Shown: positions 56,221 to 64,000 of the stretch, piece by piece
Layout: each line of letters begins with the position of its first letter
Position numbering within the stretch: position 1 is the stretch's first letter
Assembly: GCA_963828735.1 (NCBI GenBank)
Contig: CAWHFW010000005.1
Span: forward strand, 2,176,001-2,240,000
Direction: 5' to 3'
Length of the DNA: 64,000 bases
From: an uncultured Gemmatimonadales bacterium
Lineage (GTDB): Bacteria > Gemmatimonadota > Gemmatimonadetes > Gemmatimonadales > GWC2-71-9
Program-made: the position numbers and the translations under genes
Notes under the pieces: model-generated
What the model was told of the DNA's origin: nothing
Databases searched by the model: none
Seen by the model: the letters and a program-made list of their open reading frames with translations, nothing else

Positions 56221-56247
56221 TCGTGGACCCGGGATTATGTGAGGAGG

Positions 56248-57519
56248 TTAAGGATATCGCCGGCGCACGGCGGCCCACAGGAGCCAGGTCCACGTCACCC
56301 AGGCGATCGTCAGCGGCCAGCCCATCGCCCGCCAGGTCTCCCACAGGACACCCACGGGGGTGAGCCAGCGGGGCCACCCGCTGTCGGCGCGGAGCCGGTG
56401 GCGCTCCACGATGCGTGTGGTGCCGAAGCCTTGACGCAGGCCGTCGAGCACCGCCGCGCACGCGGCTGCGCCTTCGGGCCGAGGGCCGGTCAGGGGCAGC
56501 AGGTTCCACACCATGCTGGTGGCGCCCCAGCCGTGACTGTCGCTCGCGCCCAGCACGATCCGGTTCGTCCGTCGTGCGAGGGCCACGACCGAATCGCGTC
56601 GGGCCCGGGAGATCTCGTTCGCCTTGGGCGCGGCGTTCACGATCTCGAATCCGTCCGCGCCCGCCGCGACGAGCGTGTCGAGCCGCGCCTGGTGATTCCG
56701 CTCGTACTCGGGGAGCGAGAGCACGCTGAGGGCGCCGTACACCGACCGGCTCTCGCGGAGCAGCAGCTCCAACGCCTCGAGCGAGCCGTTGTAGCGCCTC
56801 GGGTCCACCGGGACGGAGTCGCCCAGCAGCACGACATGTGCGCGCCACGCACTCACCTCGATGCCCGGACAGCGCGCGGGTGCACCGGTGTGCGGACGGA
56901 GCCCCGAGACGGTATTGTGGTCCGTTATGAAGACGGCATCGAAGCCGGCGCGTCGGTGCCAGCGCAGGTTGGCCTCGGTGTCGAACCCGCCCATGAGCGT
57001 GCCTCGCACGTCGTGGGAGACGTTGGTGTGGCTGTGCACGTCGAACACGATTGCTCCCGGGCCGGCGCCCGCGAGCGCTGCCATGGGACGATGCCAGAGG
57101 AGCCCGACGACGAAGAAGGCCGCGAGGGCCGCGAGCGATGTGACCACGAGTTTCAGCTCGCGGCGCGCGGGGGCCCGCGGAGCCGGGTGGTCACTCCAGG
57201 CGACGCGCCACCAGAGGTGGCGGCCGGCGCGCCAGACGACGAACAGGATCAGGAGGCCGAGGAGAAACCCCTGCAGCCGGCTCATGCTCAGCATGGAGAC
57301 GCCGTCCCACAGCGTGAACAGCGGGGCGAGCAGGACGTACAGGATGGGGTAGGTGAGATGCAGCCCGGACGGCAGTGGTCCGCCCAGCGGATCCGCCAGG
57401 GGCGCGGCCGGGCAGGCGCGCGCCATGAGCAACCCGGCGGTCAGCGCGAGCGGGAAGAGAAGTCCGGGGCGGCGCGCCGGACGCTGGGACCACCGGGTCG
57501 GTGCTGGAATGGTGCACAA
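56248..57519 (-). CDS. Membrane-anchored PHP-domain metallophosphoesterase (start uncertain, probably downstream of 57519)
   Basis: DVHSHT..SHD, ITDHN, GIE, SDSHG motifs flanked by TM helices. Confidence 0.85.
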   Translation of the reverse strand: MCTIPAPTRWSQRPARRPGLLFPLALTAGLLMARACPAAPLADPLGGPLPSGLHLTYPILYVLLAPLFTLWDGVSMLSMSRLQGFLLGLLILFVVWRAGRHLWWRVAWSDHPAPRAPARRELKLVVTSLAALAAFFVVGLLWHRPMAALAGAGPGAIVFDVHSHTNVSHDVRGTLMGGFDTEANLRWHRRAGFDAVFITDHNTVSGLRPHTGAPARCPGIEVSAWRAHVVLLGDSVPVDPRRYNGSLEALELLLRESRSVYGALSVLSLPEYERNHQARLDTLVAAGADGFEIVNAAPKANEISRARRDSVVALARRTNRIVLGASDSHGWGATSMVWNLLPLTGPRPEGAAACAAVLDGLRQGFGTTRIVERHRLRADSGWPRWLTPVGVLWETWRAMGWPLTIAWVTWTWLLWAAVRRRYP

Positions 57520-57539
57520 TATAGGGGGGTGGCTGCGCG

Positions 57540-57767
57540 ATGAGCGAGCACGACGAGGAGAACGGCGAGGGCATGGTGGACACCGAGGCCACCGTCCGGT
57601 GTCCCTACTGCGGGGAGATCAACGAGATCGGGCTGGACCCGGGTGGCGGACGCCACCAGGTCTATGTCGAGGACTGCCAGGTCTGTTGCCGGCCCTGGCG
57701 GGTCCGGGTGACCTATGGGTCCGACGGCACCGCGGACGTGTCCGTCGAGGCCGAGCAGCTGGAGTAA
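57540..57767 (+). CDS. CPXCG-motif cysteine-rich protein
   Basis: CPYCGE..D..Q.YVEDCQVCCRP. Confidence 0.92.
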   Translation: MSEHDEENGEGMVDTEATVRCPYCGEINEIGLDPGGGRHQVYVEDCQVCCRPWRVRVTYGSDGTADVSVEAEQLE

Positions 57768-57778
57768 GGGGGCCGCGC

Positions 57779-58507
57779 TCAGATCCCGCCGAGCCACGGA
57801 TAGCCCTGGTCTTCCCAGTAGCCGCCCGGCCGCTCGCGCGTGAACGTCATCGCGGTGAGGTACTTGGTGAGCTTGTACCCGAGCTTGACCGGCGAATACA
57901 CCCGGAGCGGCGCGCCGTGCTCGATCGTAAGCGGGCGGTCGTTCCACGCATACGCGAGGATGGTCTGCGGGTGCATCGCGCTCGCGAGGTCCCAGCCGTT
58001 CATGTACTTGCTGTCGAACGAATCGAAACGCAGGTAACGCGCCTCCGCGGTCGGCTGCACCATCTGCGTCACCGCGGACACCGGCACACCGGTCCAGGTC
58101 GCGATCGCCGTCCACCCTTCGACGCAGTGGTGCTTCACGGTGTAGCTGACCCGCGGCAGGGCCTCGAGCATCGGCCGCGTGAGCCGCACCGGCGTGCGCA
58201 CCAGCCCACCGACCTCGAGGGCCCATTCGCCCGGAGGCTCCGGAAAGTGCCCGCTCTTATTGTGCGTGATGGAGTACTTCGGAAACGCCATGACCGGCGT
58301 TCGCTGCGCGATCGGGTACTCCGGCGCGAGCCGGCTCGGCGAGAACAGGATCTTCTCACCCACCCAGTCGTTGAGCCGGCTGAGGGCACGGAGGCGTGGC
58401 TCGAGCACCGGCCCGCCGTCCCAGCCGCAAGCCGCGGCCAGCGACGCCGGCGCCACGATGCCGAGTCGCATGAAGTCCCGCCGGGTGAGGCCGGGTCGGT
58501 CAGTCAT
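57779..58507 (-). CDS. Molybdopterin-dependent oxidoreductase (sulfite oxidase/MsrP-like), Tat lipoprotein
   Basis: TRRDFMR followed by LAAAC; HHCVEGW, HGAPLR, LGYKLTK, GYWEDQGY. Confidence 0.92.
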   Translation of the reverse strand: MTDRPGLTRRDFMRLGIVAPASLAAACGWDGGPVLEPRLRALSRLNDWVGEKILFSPSRLAPEYPIAQRTPVMAFPKYSITHNKSGHFPEPPGEWALEVGGLVRTPVRLTRPMLEALPRVSYTVKHHCVEGWTAIATWTGVPVSAVTQMVQPTAEARYLRFDSFDSKYMNGWDLASAMHPQTILAYAWNDRPLTIEHGAPLRVYSPVKLGYKLTKYLTAMTFTRERPGGYWEDQGYPWLGGI

Positions 58508-59249
58508 GGCTCGGAAATCTCCCGCGGTACCAGCCGGTGATCATCGCCCTCAGGGATGCCGGATCCACGAGGAACACGAGTGCCACGTGGAGCAGGGTGA
58601 ACCCCACGAAGACCCACACCGCCCAGAAGTGCCAGTACCGCGCCAGCTCGTACCCGCCGAACAGCGACGTCAGCCACGCGAGCTGCACCGGCTTGTAGAT
58701 GGCGAAGCCGGTGAGCACCGCCAACGCCCCCAGCACCACGATGAACGTGTAGGCGCCCTTCTGAAGCGCGTTGTGCTTGCCCTGCGGGGGATGCGTCTTG
58801 CGGAGTCTCAGATAGTAAAGCTGCATCTGCACTGCCGGCCCGATGTCGCGAGGGCGGAACAGGAGCGAGCGCCACTCGCCCGTGGCGGCCAGAAAGCCGA
58901 GGTAGACGAGGCCCGTGATCACGAAGGGCCACGCGAGCGCGAAGTGCCAGTTGAGCCCACCGGCGAGCCACCCCCCCAGCCGCGCCCACACGGGGATCGG
59001 CCCGCCATCCAGTGGGTTCGGGTAGTAGGGTTGGCCCCGCGGGCCGAAGTGGGCAAAGGCGAGGTAGATCTGGAGCCCGCTCGCGATCATGCCGCAGAGC
59101 ACGACCGCGTTCACCCAGTGGGCCACGCGCACCAACCCGTGATGTCGCTTGACGTCCGGGTGTGCTGCGCCGGACCCGCCCGCATCGAGCTGCCGGGACC
59201 CAGGCGGGTTGGTATCGGGTGGCTGGGCGTCAGGCTGCTCGGCGTTCAT
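58500..59249 (-). CDS. Cytochrome b/b6-domain membrane subunit (Ni-hydrogenase b-type/YdhU-like)
   Basis: RVAHW, WHFALAW, KHNALQK, ARYWHF, LLHV. Confidence 0.92.
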   Translation of the reverse strand: MNAEQPDAQPPDTNPPGSRQLDAGGSGAAHPDVKRHHGLVRVAHWVNAVVLCGMIASGLQIYLAFAHFGPRGQPYYPNPLDGGPIPVWARLGGWLAGGLNWHFALAWPFVITGLVYLGFLAATGEWRSLLFRPRDIGPAVQMQLYYLRLRKTHPPQGKHNALQKGAYTFIVVLGALAVLTGFAIYKPVQLAWLTSLFGGYELARYWHFWAVWVFVGFTLLHVALVFLVDPASLRAMITGWYRGRFPSHD

Positions 59250-59330
59250 CCGGCGCTCCCAAAGACGGTGGAACAGGAATCCTGGTAGAAACGCCGCCTC
59301 GGGCTGGCCGGTTCCATCCGCGCCTGGGGC

Positions 59331-60629
59331 CTAGTTCCCGGCCTCGATGGCGGCGGCCGCCTGCCTTCCGCTGTGGAGGGCGCCGTGCACGGTGGCGTTC
59401 CGGCCCTGCTCGGCGATGGCCTCGCCGGCCAGGTAGAGCGTGTTCTGCACCGGCGCATGGAGGGCCGTCCGCGCCTCGATCGCTCCAATTCCACCATAGC
59501 TGTAGGCCCCGCCGGAAAAGGGGTCGGCGGACCAGTCGTGGACGTATGCCATCCGGAGGCGCGAGCGCAACTCGCCGACATCCCGCCCGAACACAGACCC
59601 GAGCGACTCGAGCGCGAGCCGCAGCATGGCCGCTTCGCCTCGTCCCGCAAGCGCCGCGGCGCGGGGACCGCCCACCCAGCCCGTGATGACCGGCTCGCGT
59701 CGCGGCAGGCCCGTCCACCACACCGGGAAGGGCTCCGGGCCGCCATGGACGAAGCTGGGCCCGGCGCCGCCTGCCGGCGCCCACCAGCGGCCATCGAAGC
59801 CGAGCACGATGCGGTGGGCGGCACCCATGTGGAGGCGCCCGAGCGGTTCCCGCCAGCCGGCCGGGAAGGGGTCCAAAGTCGGAGCGCCTCCATCTCCAAT
59901 CATCCGCCGGAGCAGAGGGAGCGGAAGAGTCAGGATGGCCTTGGCGGCGGTGAGGGTCGCGGCGTCTCCCGGACCCACCGTCACCCGCACCTCGCCTGGA
60001 CGCCAGGAGATCGCCGTGACCACGGAATCCAACCGGATCTCGGCTCGATCGGACGGGATGCGGTCGGCCAGCCGCTGGATCAGCGCGCCGTATCCTTCGC
60101 CGACACGCTGGATGTCGTCGCCGTCCTCGGCGCTCGCGGCCTCGTTCTCGGCTACCGCTCGGGTGCCCAGGAGCGATAGATCTGCCGCGTGGAACCCCTC
60201 CAGGTAGCCGGCCACCGCCTCGAGCTCGCCGGGGGCGGTCGCCAGGTCGCGCCGCTCCCGGAGCAGGTCGGCGACGGGCCGGTCCGGCCCCGCCTCCGCA
60301 CTCTCGAGCAGCAGTTCCAGGGTCGATCGGATATCGGTCCGCGTGGTCGGCGGCTCGGCGGGGCCGCGTTCGTGCCGCTCGCGGCCGGGGATCACGCGAA
60401 GGCCGACCGACTCGATCAGCTCGACCATCTCGGGCGGGCTGCCGTGCACGAACTCGGCGCCGAGCTCGATCGGGGTGGCGAGCTCAGGATCGTGGGCGGT
60501 GTGGATGCGTCCGCCAATGCGGTCGCGCGCCTCGAGGACGAGCACGCGCCGGCCGGATGCGGCCAGCCGCTCGGCTGCCGCTAGACCGGCGATTCCGGCG
60601 CCCACGACGAGCACGTCGGCGTCGGCCAT
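59331..60629 (-). CDS. Flavin monoamine oxidase family protein
   Basis: GAGIAGL, EARDRIGGR, ELGAEFVHG, DW..DPFSGGAYS, AGEA, TVHGA. Confidence 0.93.
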   Translation of the reverse strand: MADADVLVVGAGIAGLAAAERLAASGRRVLVLEARDRIGGRIHTAHDPELATPIELGAEFVHGSPPEMVELIESVGLRVIPGRERHERGPAEPPTTRTDIRSTLELLLESAEAGPDRPVADLLRERRDLATAPGELEAVAGYLEGFHAADLSLLGTRAVAENEAASAEDGDDIQRVGEGYGALIQRLADRIPSDRAEIRLDSVVTAISWRPGEVRVTVGPGDAATLTAAKAILTLPLPLLRRMIGDGGAPTLDPFPAGWREPLGRLHMGAAHRIVLGFDGRWWAPAGGAGPSFVHGGPEPFPVWWTGLPRREPVITGWVGGPRAAALAGRGEAAMLRLALESLGSVFGRDVGELRSRLRMAYVHDWSADPFSGGAYSYGGIGAIEARTALHAPVQNTLYLAGEAIAEQGRNATVHGALHSGRQAAAAIEAGN

Positions 60630-60636
60630 CGGCGTG

Positions 60637-61851
60637 CTACTCGTACCGCAGGGCGTCGATCGGATCGAGCTGCGCGGCGCGGCGAGCGGGCCAGATGCCG
60701 AAGAAGAGGCCGACGAGCGCGCTGAACCCGAACGCCACCACCACGGCCGCCGGGGAGATGAGCGTGTTCCACTGCATGACGCGGGCGAGCACGATGGTCG
60801 CGCCGATGCCCAGGAGGATGCCGATGGCGCCCCCCAGAATGCACAGGGTGAGCGCCTCGATCAGGAACTGCAGCAGGATGTTGCCGCGGGTGGCGCCGAG
60901 GGCCTTGCGCACGCCGATCTCACGGGTGCGCTCGGTGACCGACACCAGCATGATGTTCATGATGCCGATGCCGCCGACGACGAGACTCACCGCCGCGATG
61001 CTCGCGAGCAGGGTGGTGAACACCTGGGTCGCCTGCTGCTGAGTCTGCAGGATGTCCTGCTGGTTGCGGATGGTGAAATCGTTGTCGCCGCCGGGGCGGA
61101 TGTGGTGCTCCCTGCGGAGAATCCGCTCCAGGTCCACCATGCCCTGCTCGATCGGCACGCTGTCCGCTACCTGGACGGACATCGAGCGGAGCCGCTTGCT
61201 GCCGAACACGCGGTACTGCGCGGTCTCGAGCGGGATCAGGATCTGCTCGTCCGGATTCTGGAAGCCGCCCGACGCGCCTTTGGCGCTCAGCACGCCGATG
61301 ATCTCGAAAGGGATCCCGCGGATGAGGAGCGTCTGGTGGATCATGGCGGCCGGGTTGGCGCCCAGCATCTCGGGCACCGAGGAGCCGAGCACGGCGTAGC
61401 GCTGGCGCGACGCGCCGTCCCCGGCGCTGAACATCCGGCCGAAGGGCACCGTATAGTTCCGGACGTCGGTGTAGTTCGCGGTGGTACCGATGATCTGGAG
61501 ATTGCGGTTCTGGTTGCCGAACACCACCTGCTGCGCGGATTGCGCTTCAGGCACCACCGCTTTGAGCAGGGTGGCGTCGCGCTGCAGGGCCTCGTAGTCG
61601 TCGGTGCTCAGGACGGTGCGGTCGGTGATCATGACCGCCCCCGAGCGGCCCTGGCCGGCGAAGACCGTGAACACGTTGGCGCCGAGCGCCGCGATCCGAT
61701 CCTCGACGGCCTTCTGCGCCCCGCTGCCCAGGGCCACCATCGTGATGACCGCGCCCACCCCGATGATGATGCCCAGCATCGTGAGCACCGCCCGGAGCGC
61801 GTTGCTCCGGATGGACGAGATCGCGACCGCGAACGTCTCGCCGAGCAGCAT
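60637..61851 (-). CDS. MacB/FtsX-type ABC transporter permease
   Basis: LTMLGIIIGV, GGIGIMNIMLVSVTERTREIG, PARRAA.LDPIDALRYE. Confidence 0.96.
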   Translation of the reverse strand: MLLGETFAVAISSIRSNALRAVLTMLGIIIGVGAVITMVALGSGAQKAVEDRIAALGANVFTVFAGQGRSGAVMITDRTVLSTDDYEALQRDATLLKAVVPEAQSAQQVVFGNQNRNLQIIGTTANYTDVRNYTVPFGRMFSAGDGASRQRYAVLGSSVPEMLGANPAAMIHQTLLIRGIPFEIIGVLSAKGASGGFQNPDEQILIPLETAQYRVFGSKRLRSMSVQVADSVPIEQGMVDLERILRREHHIRPGGDNDFTIRNQQDILQTQQQATQVFTTLLASIAAVSLVVGGIGIMNIMLVSVTERTREIGVRKALGATRGNILLQFLIEALTLCILGGAIGILLGIGATIVLARVMQWNTLISPAAVVVAFGFSALVGLFFGIWPARRAAQLDPIDALRYE

Positions 61852-61853
61852 GG

Positions 61854-63416
61854 CTACCGGCCGGGCGCGCCCGCGCCGCCCTGACCGCCGGGTCCGGACG
61901 TGCTCTGCCGCATGCCAGGGACCCCGCCGCCGCCGGTGACCTGGTTCATCCGCTGCTTGATGTCCTGCTGCGATTGGACCAGGCTGGCACTGGGCAGCAC
62001 GTACACCGAATCGTTCCCCTCGAGGCCGTGGATCACCTCGCTGTAGTCGAGGTCGGTGAGGCCGGTCCGGATCCATACCGGGATCGGCTGGCCGTTGCGC
62101 TTGACGAAGACGATGTAGCGGCCGCCGCCCGCATCGGTGCCCCGGGTCCGGCGCCCGGCGCCGCCGAAGCCGCGCTGCCGGCCTTCCGCGGCGCCTCCTT
62201 GGCCGTCCGCGAGGCCGCCGGCCCCGCCCCCCCGCACGCGCACCGAATCGCGCCACTCCCGGCGCGCGGCCGATTCGGGCAACGCCCGTCTCGTCGAATC
62301 GCGCGCGTTGCGCCGTGCCGAGTCGGTGCCAGGGGAGGGCTCGCCCGGGGTACGCAACGAGGCGCCGGCCGAGCTCGCCGCCTGGGCGGCGGAGGCCGCG
62401 AGCTCCTTCTGGACCTCGTCGGTCGAGAGGCCGAGCACCTGGGCGGCCGAGCCGACATCACGCTGCGTGCGGAGCGCCGCGTTCGGCACCGCCAGCACGC
62501 CCTCCCGCTGGCCCACGTGGATCTCCACCTCTGTGTTCATCCCCGGCCGGAGCAGCCCTCCCTCGTTGTGAATGCGGACCAGCACGGGGAAGACGGTCAC
62601 GTTCTGCTCCGTCGTCGCCTGCGGCTCGATCTTGAGCACCGTGCCCTCGAAGGTGCGGTTGGAGAACGCGTCCACCGTGATGGTGGCGAGCTGACCCGGC
62701 TCGACCTTGCCGACGTCGGTCTCGTCCACCAGCGTGCGCACCTGGACCAGGTCGAGATTGGCCATCTTGAGCAGCGTCGTGCCGCCGCTCACATTGGACG
62801 TCGCGGACGCGATGACGGTGCCCCGCTCGATGTCCTTCTCGATGACCGTGCCGGTGACGGGCGCGCGAACGTCGGTGTCCTCCAGCTGGATCCTGGCATT
62901 GTCCACCGACACCTGGGAGCGCACGACCTCCGACTTCGCGTCGGCATAATCGAGCTGTGCCGTCTCGTTCTCCTCCTCCGTGATCGCCTGGGTCTTGAAC
63001 AGCTCGTCCGACCGTCGCTTCTGGCTGGTGGCGTTAGCGAGCTTCGCGCGCGCCACGTCCAGGTCCGCCTGGGCCTGCGCGAGCGCGTTCCGCGCGTTCC
63101 GCGGGTCGATGTGTACCAGCAGGGCGCCTCGTTTGACCAGCTGGCCCGTTTCCGCATGGAGCTGCAGCACCTCGCCCGAGGCCTTGGATTTGACCTCCAC
63201 GGTGGTGTCGGGTTGGATCGCACCCGCGGCCTGCGCGTTGACGATGATGTCGCGGCGTTCGACCGGTACGGCCTGGTAGACGATCGGCGGCGCCTCTTTC
63301 TTGCAGCCCGTGAACAGGATCAGCGCGCCCAGCGACGCGAGGGTCCAGCCGGAGAACCCGCCGCCGCGCCGCCGGACCGCGCCCGGCACGACTCCCGATG
63401 TCCGGCGGGCGCTCAC
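61854..63416 (-). CDS. MacA-type periplasmic adaptor
   Basis: [35 protein letters not shown]; the GTG start overlaps the ATPase stop. Confidence 0.92.
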   Translation of the reverse strand: MSARRTSGVVPGAVRRRGGGFSGWTLASLGALILFTGCKKEAPPIVYQAVPVERRDIIVNAQAAGAIQPDTTVEVKSKASGEVLQLHAETGQLVKRGALLVHIDPRNARNALAQAQADLDVARAKLANATSQKRRSDELFKTQAITEEENETAQLDYADAKSEVVRSQVSVDNARIQLEDTDVRAPVTGTVIEKDIERGTVIASATSNVSGGTTLLKMANLDLVQVRTLVDETDVGKVEPGQLATITVDAFSNRTFEGTVLKIEPQATTEQNVTVFPVLVRIHNEGGLLRPGMNTEVEIHVGQREGVLAVPNAALRTQRDVGSAAQVLGLSTDEVQKELAASAAQAASSAGASLRTPGEPSPGTDSARRNARDSTRRALPESAARREWRDSVRVRGGGAGGLADGQGGAAEGRQRGFGGAGRRTRGTDAGGGRYIVFVKRNGQPIPVWIRTGLTDLDYSEVIHGLEGNDSVYVLPSASLVQSQQDIKQRMNQVTGGGGVPGMRQSTSGPGGQGGAGAPGR

Positions 63417-64000
63417 GCCTGCCTCCGCGTAGCGAAGTCGCGCTCGATGCGCCCATCCTTGAGATGCACCTGTCGCTGCGCGTGCGCCGCGATGTCGGTC
63501 TCGTGGGTCACGAGCACGATGGTTTGTCCGTCGCGATACAGGCCCTCGAACAGCGCCAGGATCTCCTCGCTCGTGGCGCTGTCGAGGTTCCCGGTCGGCT
63601 CGTCGGCCAGCAGGATGCTCGGCTGGTTGACCAGGGCTCGCGCGATCGCCACCCGTTGCCGCTGGCCGCCCGAGAGCTCGTTCGGCCGATGCTGCATCCG
63701 GTCCTGCAGCCCCACTCGCGCGAGCGCGTCCGACGCCGAGCGACGGCGCTCCTTCGCGCCGATTCCGGCGTAGACCAGGGGCAGCTCCACGTTGTGGAGC
63801 GCGGAGGCGCGAGGCAGCAAGTTGAAGGTCTGGAACACGAACCCGATCTCCTTGTTCCGGATCCGCGCCAGCTCGTCGTCTCCCAGCTCCGACACCCGGT
63901 GCCCGTTGAGCCAGTACTCGCCGCCCGTCGGGCTGTCGAGGCATCCGATCAGGTTCATCAGGGTGGACTTCCCCGACCCCGAGGGCCCCATGATCGCGAC
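63413..64000 (-). CDS. ABC transporter ATP-binding protein (MacB/LolD type), 5'-truncated by the window edge
   Basis: [39 protein letters not shown]. Confidence 0.97.
   Translation of the reverse strand, partial: VAIMGPSGSGKSTLMNLIGCLDSPTGGEYWLNGHRVSELGDDELARIRNKEIGFVFQTFNLLPRASALHNVELPLVYAGIGAKERRRSASDALARVGLQDRMQHRPNELSGGQRQRVAIARALVNQPSILLADEPTGNLDSATSEEILALFEGLYRDGQTIVLVTHETDIAAHAQRQVHLKDGRIERDFATRRQA

Noticed and set aside
1..64000. Numerous long Arg/Pro/Ala-rich overlapping ORFs (e.g. 11852-15091, 12217-14649, 37501-40026, 55399-57543)
   Set aside because: These are shadow ORFs expected in high-GC DNA, lying antisense or off-frame to genes with clear family motifs.

Overview
A very GC-rich, gene-dense bacterial chromosomal segment. 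The gene repertoire (TPR tail of a kinase-type protein, CHAT-TPR, DUF2911/PCYCGC, ECF-anti-sigma-PDZ) suggests Gemmatimonadota, but this is inference only. It holds about 69 protein-coding genes; I found no rRNA, tRNA, CRISPR array, integrase or transposase. The first ~47 kb is an accessory patchwork (GNATs, cupins, DinBs, glycosyltransferases, phosphoesterases, an RND efflux operon, flavoenzymes, SulP) with gene relics and a 45-bp duplication at gene junctions. The right end is more core-like (pheA-DAHP synthase fusion, yggX, fabH, Moco enzyme plus cytochrome b, MacAB-type ABC exporter). Two loci stand out. (1) At 25302-28039, a two-gene unit broken by clustered frameshifts and so hidden in the ORF track: a membrane protein with both PmoC/AmoC-spaced metal motifs (D-x3-H-x12-H and D-x3-H-x13-H) and a PmoA-like segment, coupled to a secreted protein with a predicted N-terminal His and PmoB-like topology. 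It is a candidate divergent copper-membrane-monooxygenase-like system. (2) At 52371-52560, a complete ribosome-dependent attenuator: a sigma70 promoter, a leaderless 29-aa peptide containing W-F-Y-F-Y-F, an antiterminator and a terminator, controlling a prephenate dehydratase-ACT-DAHP synthase fusion. All family assignments come from motif recognition by eye; no searches were run.
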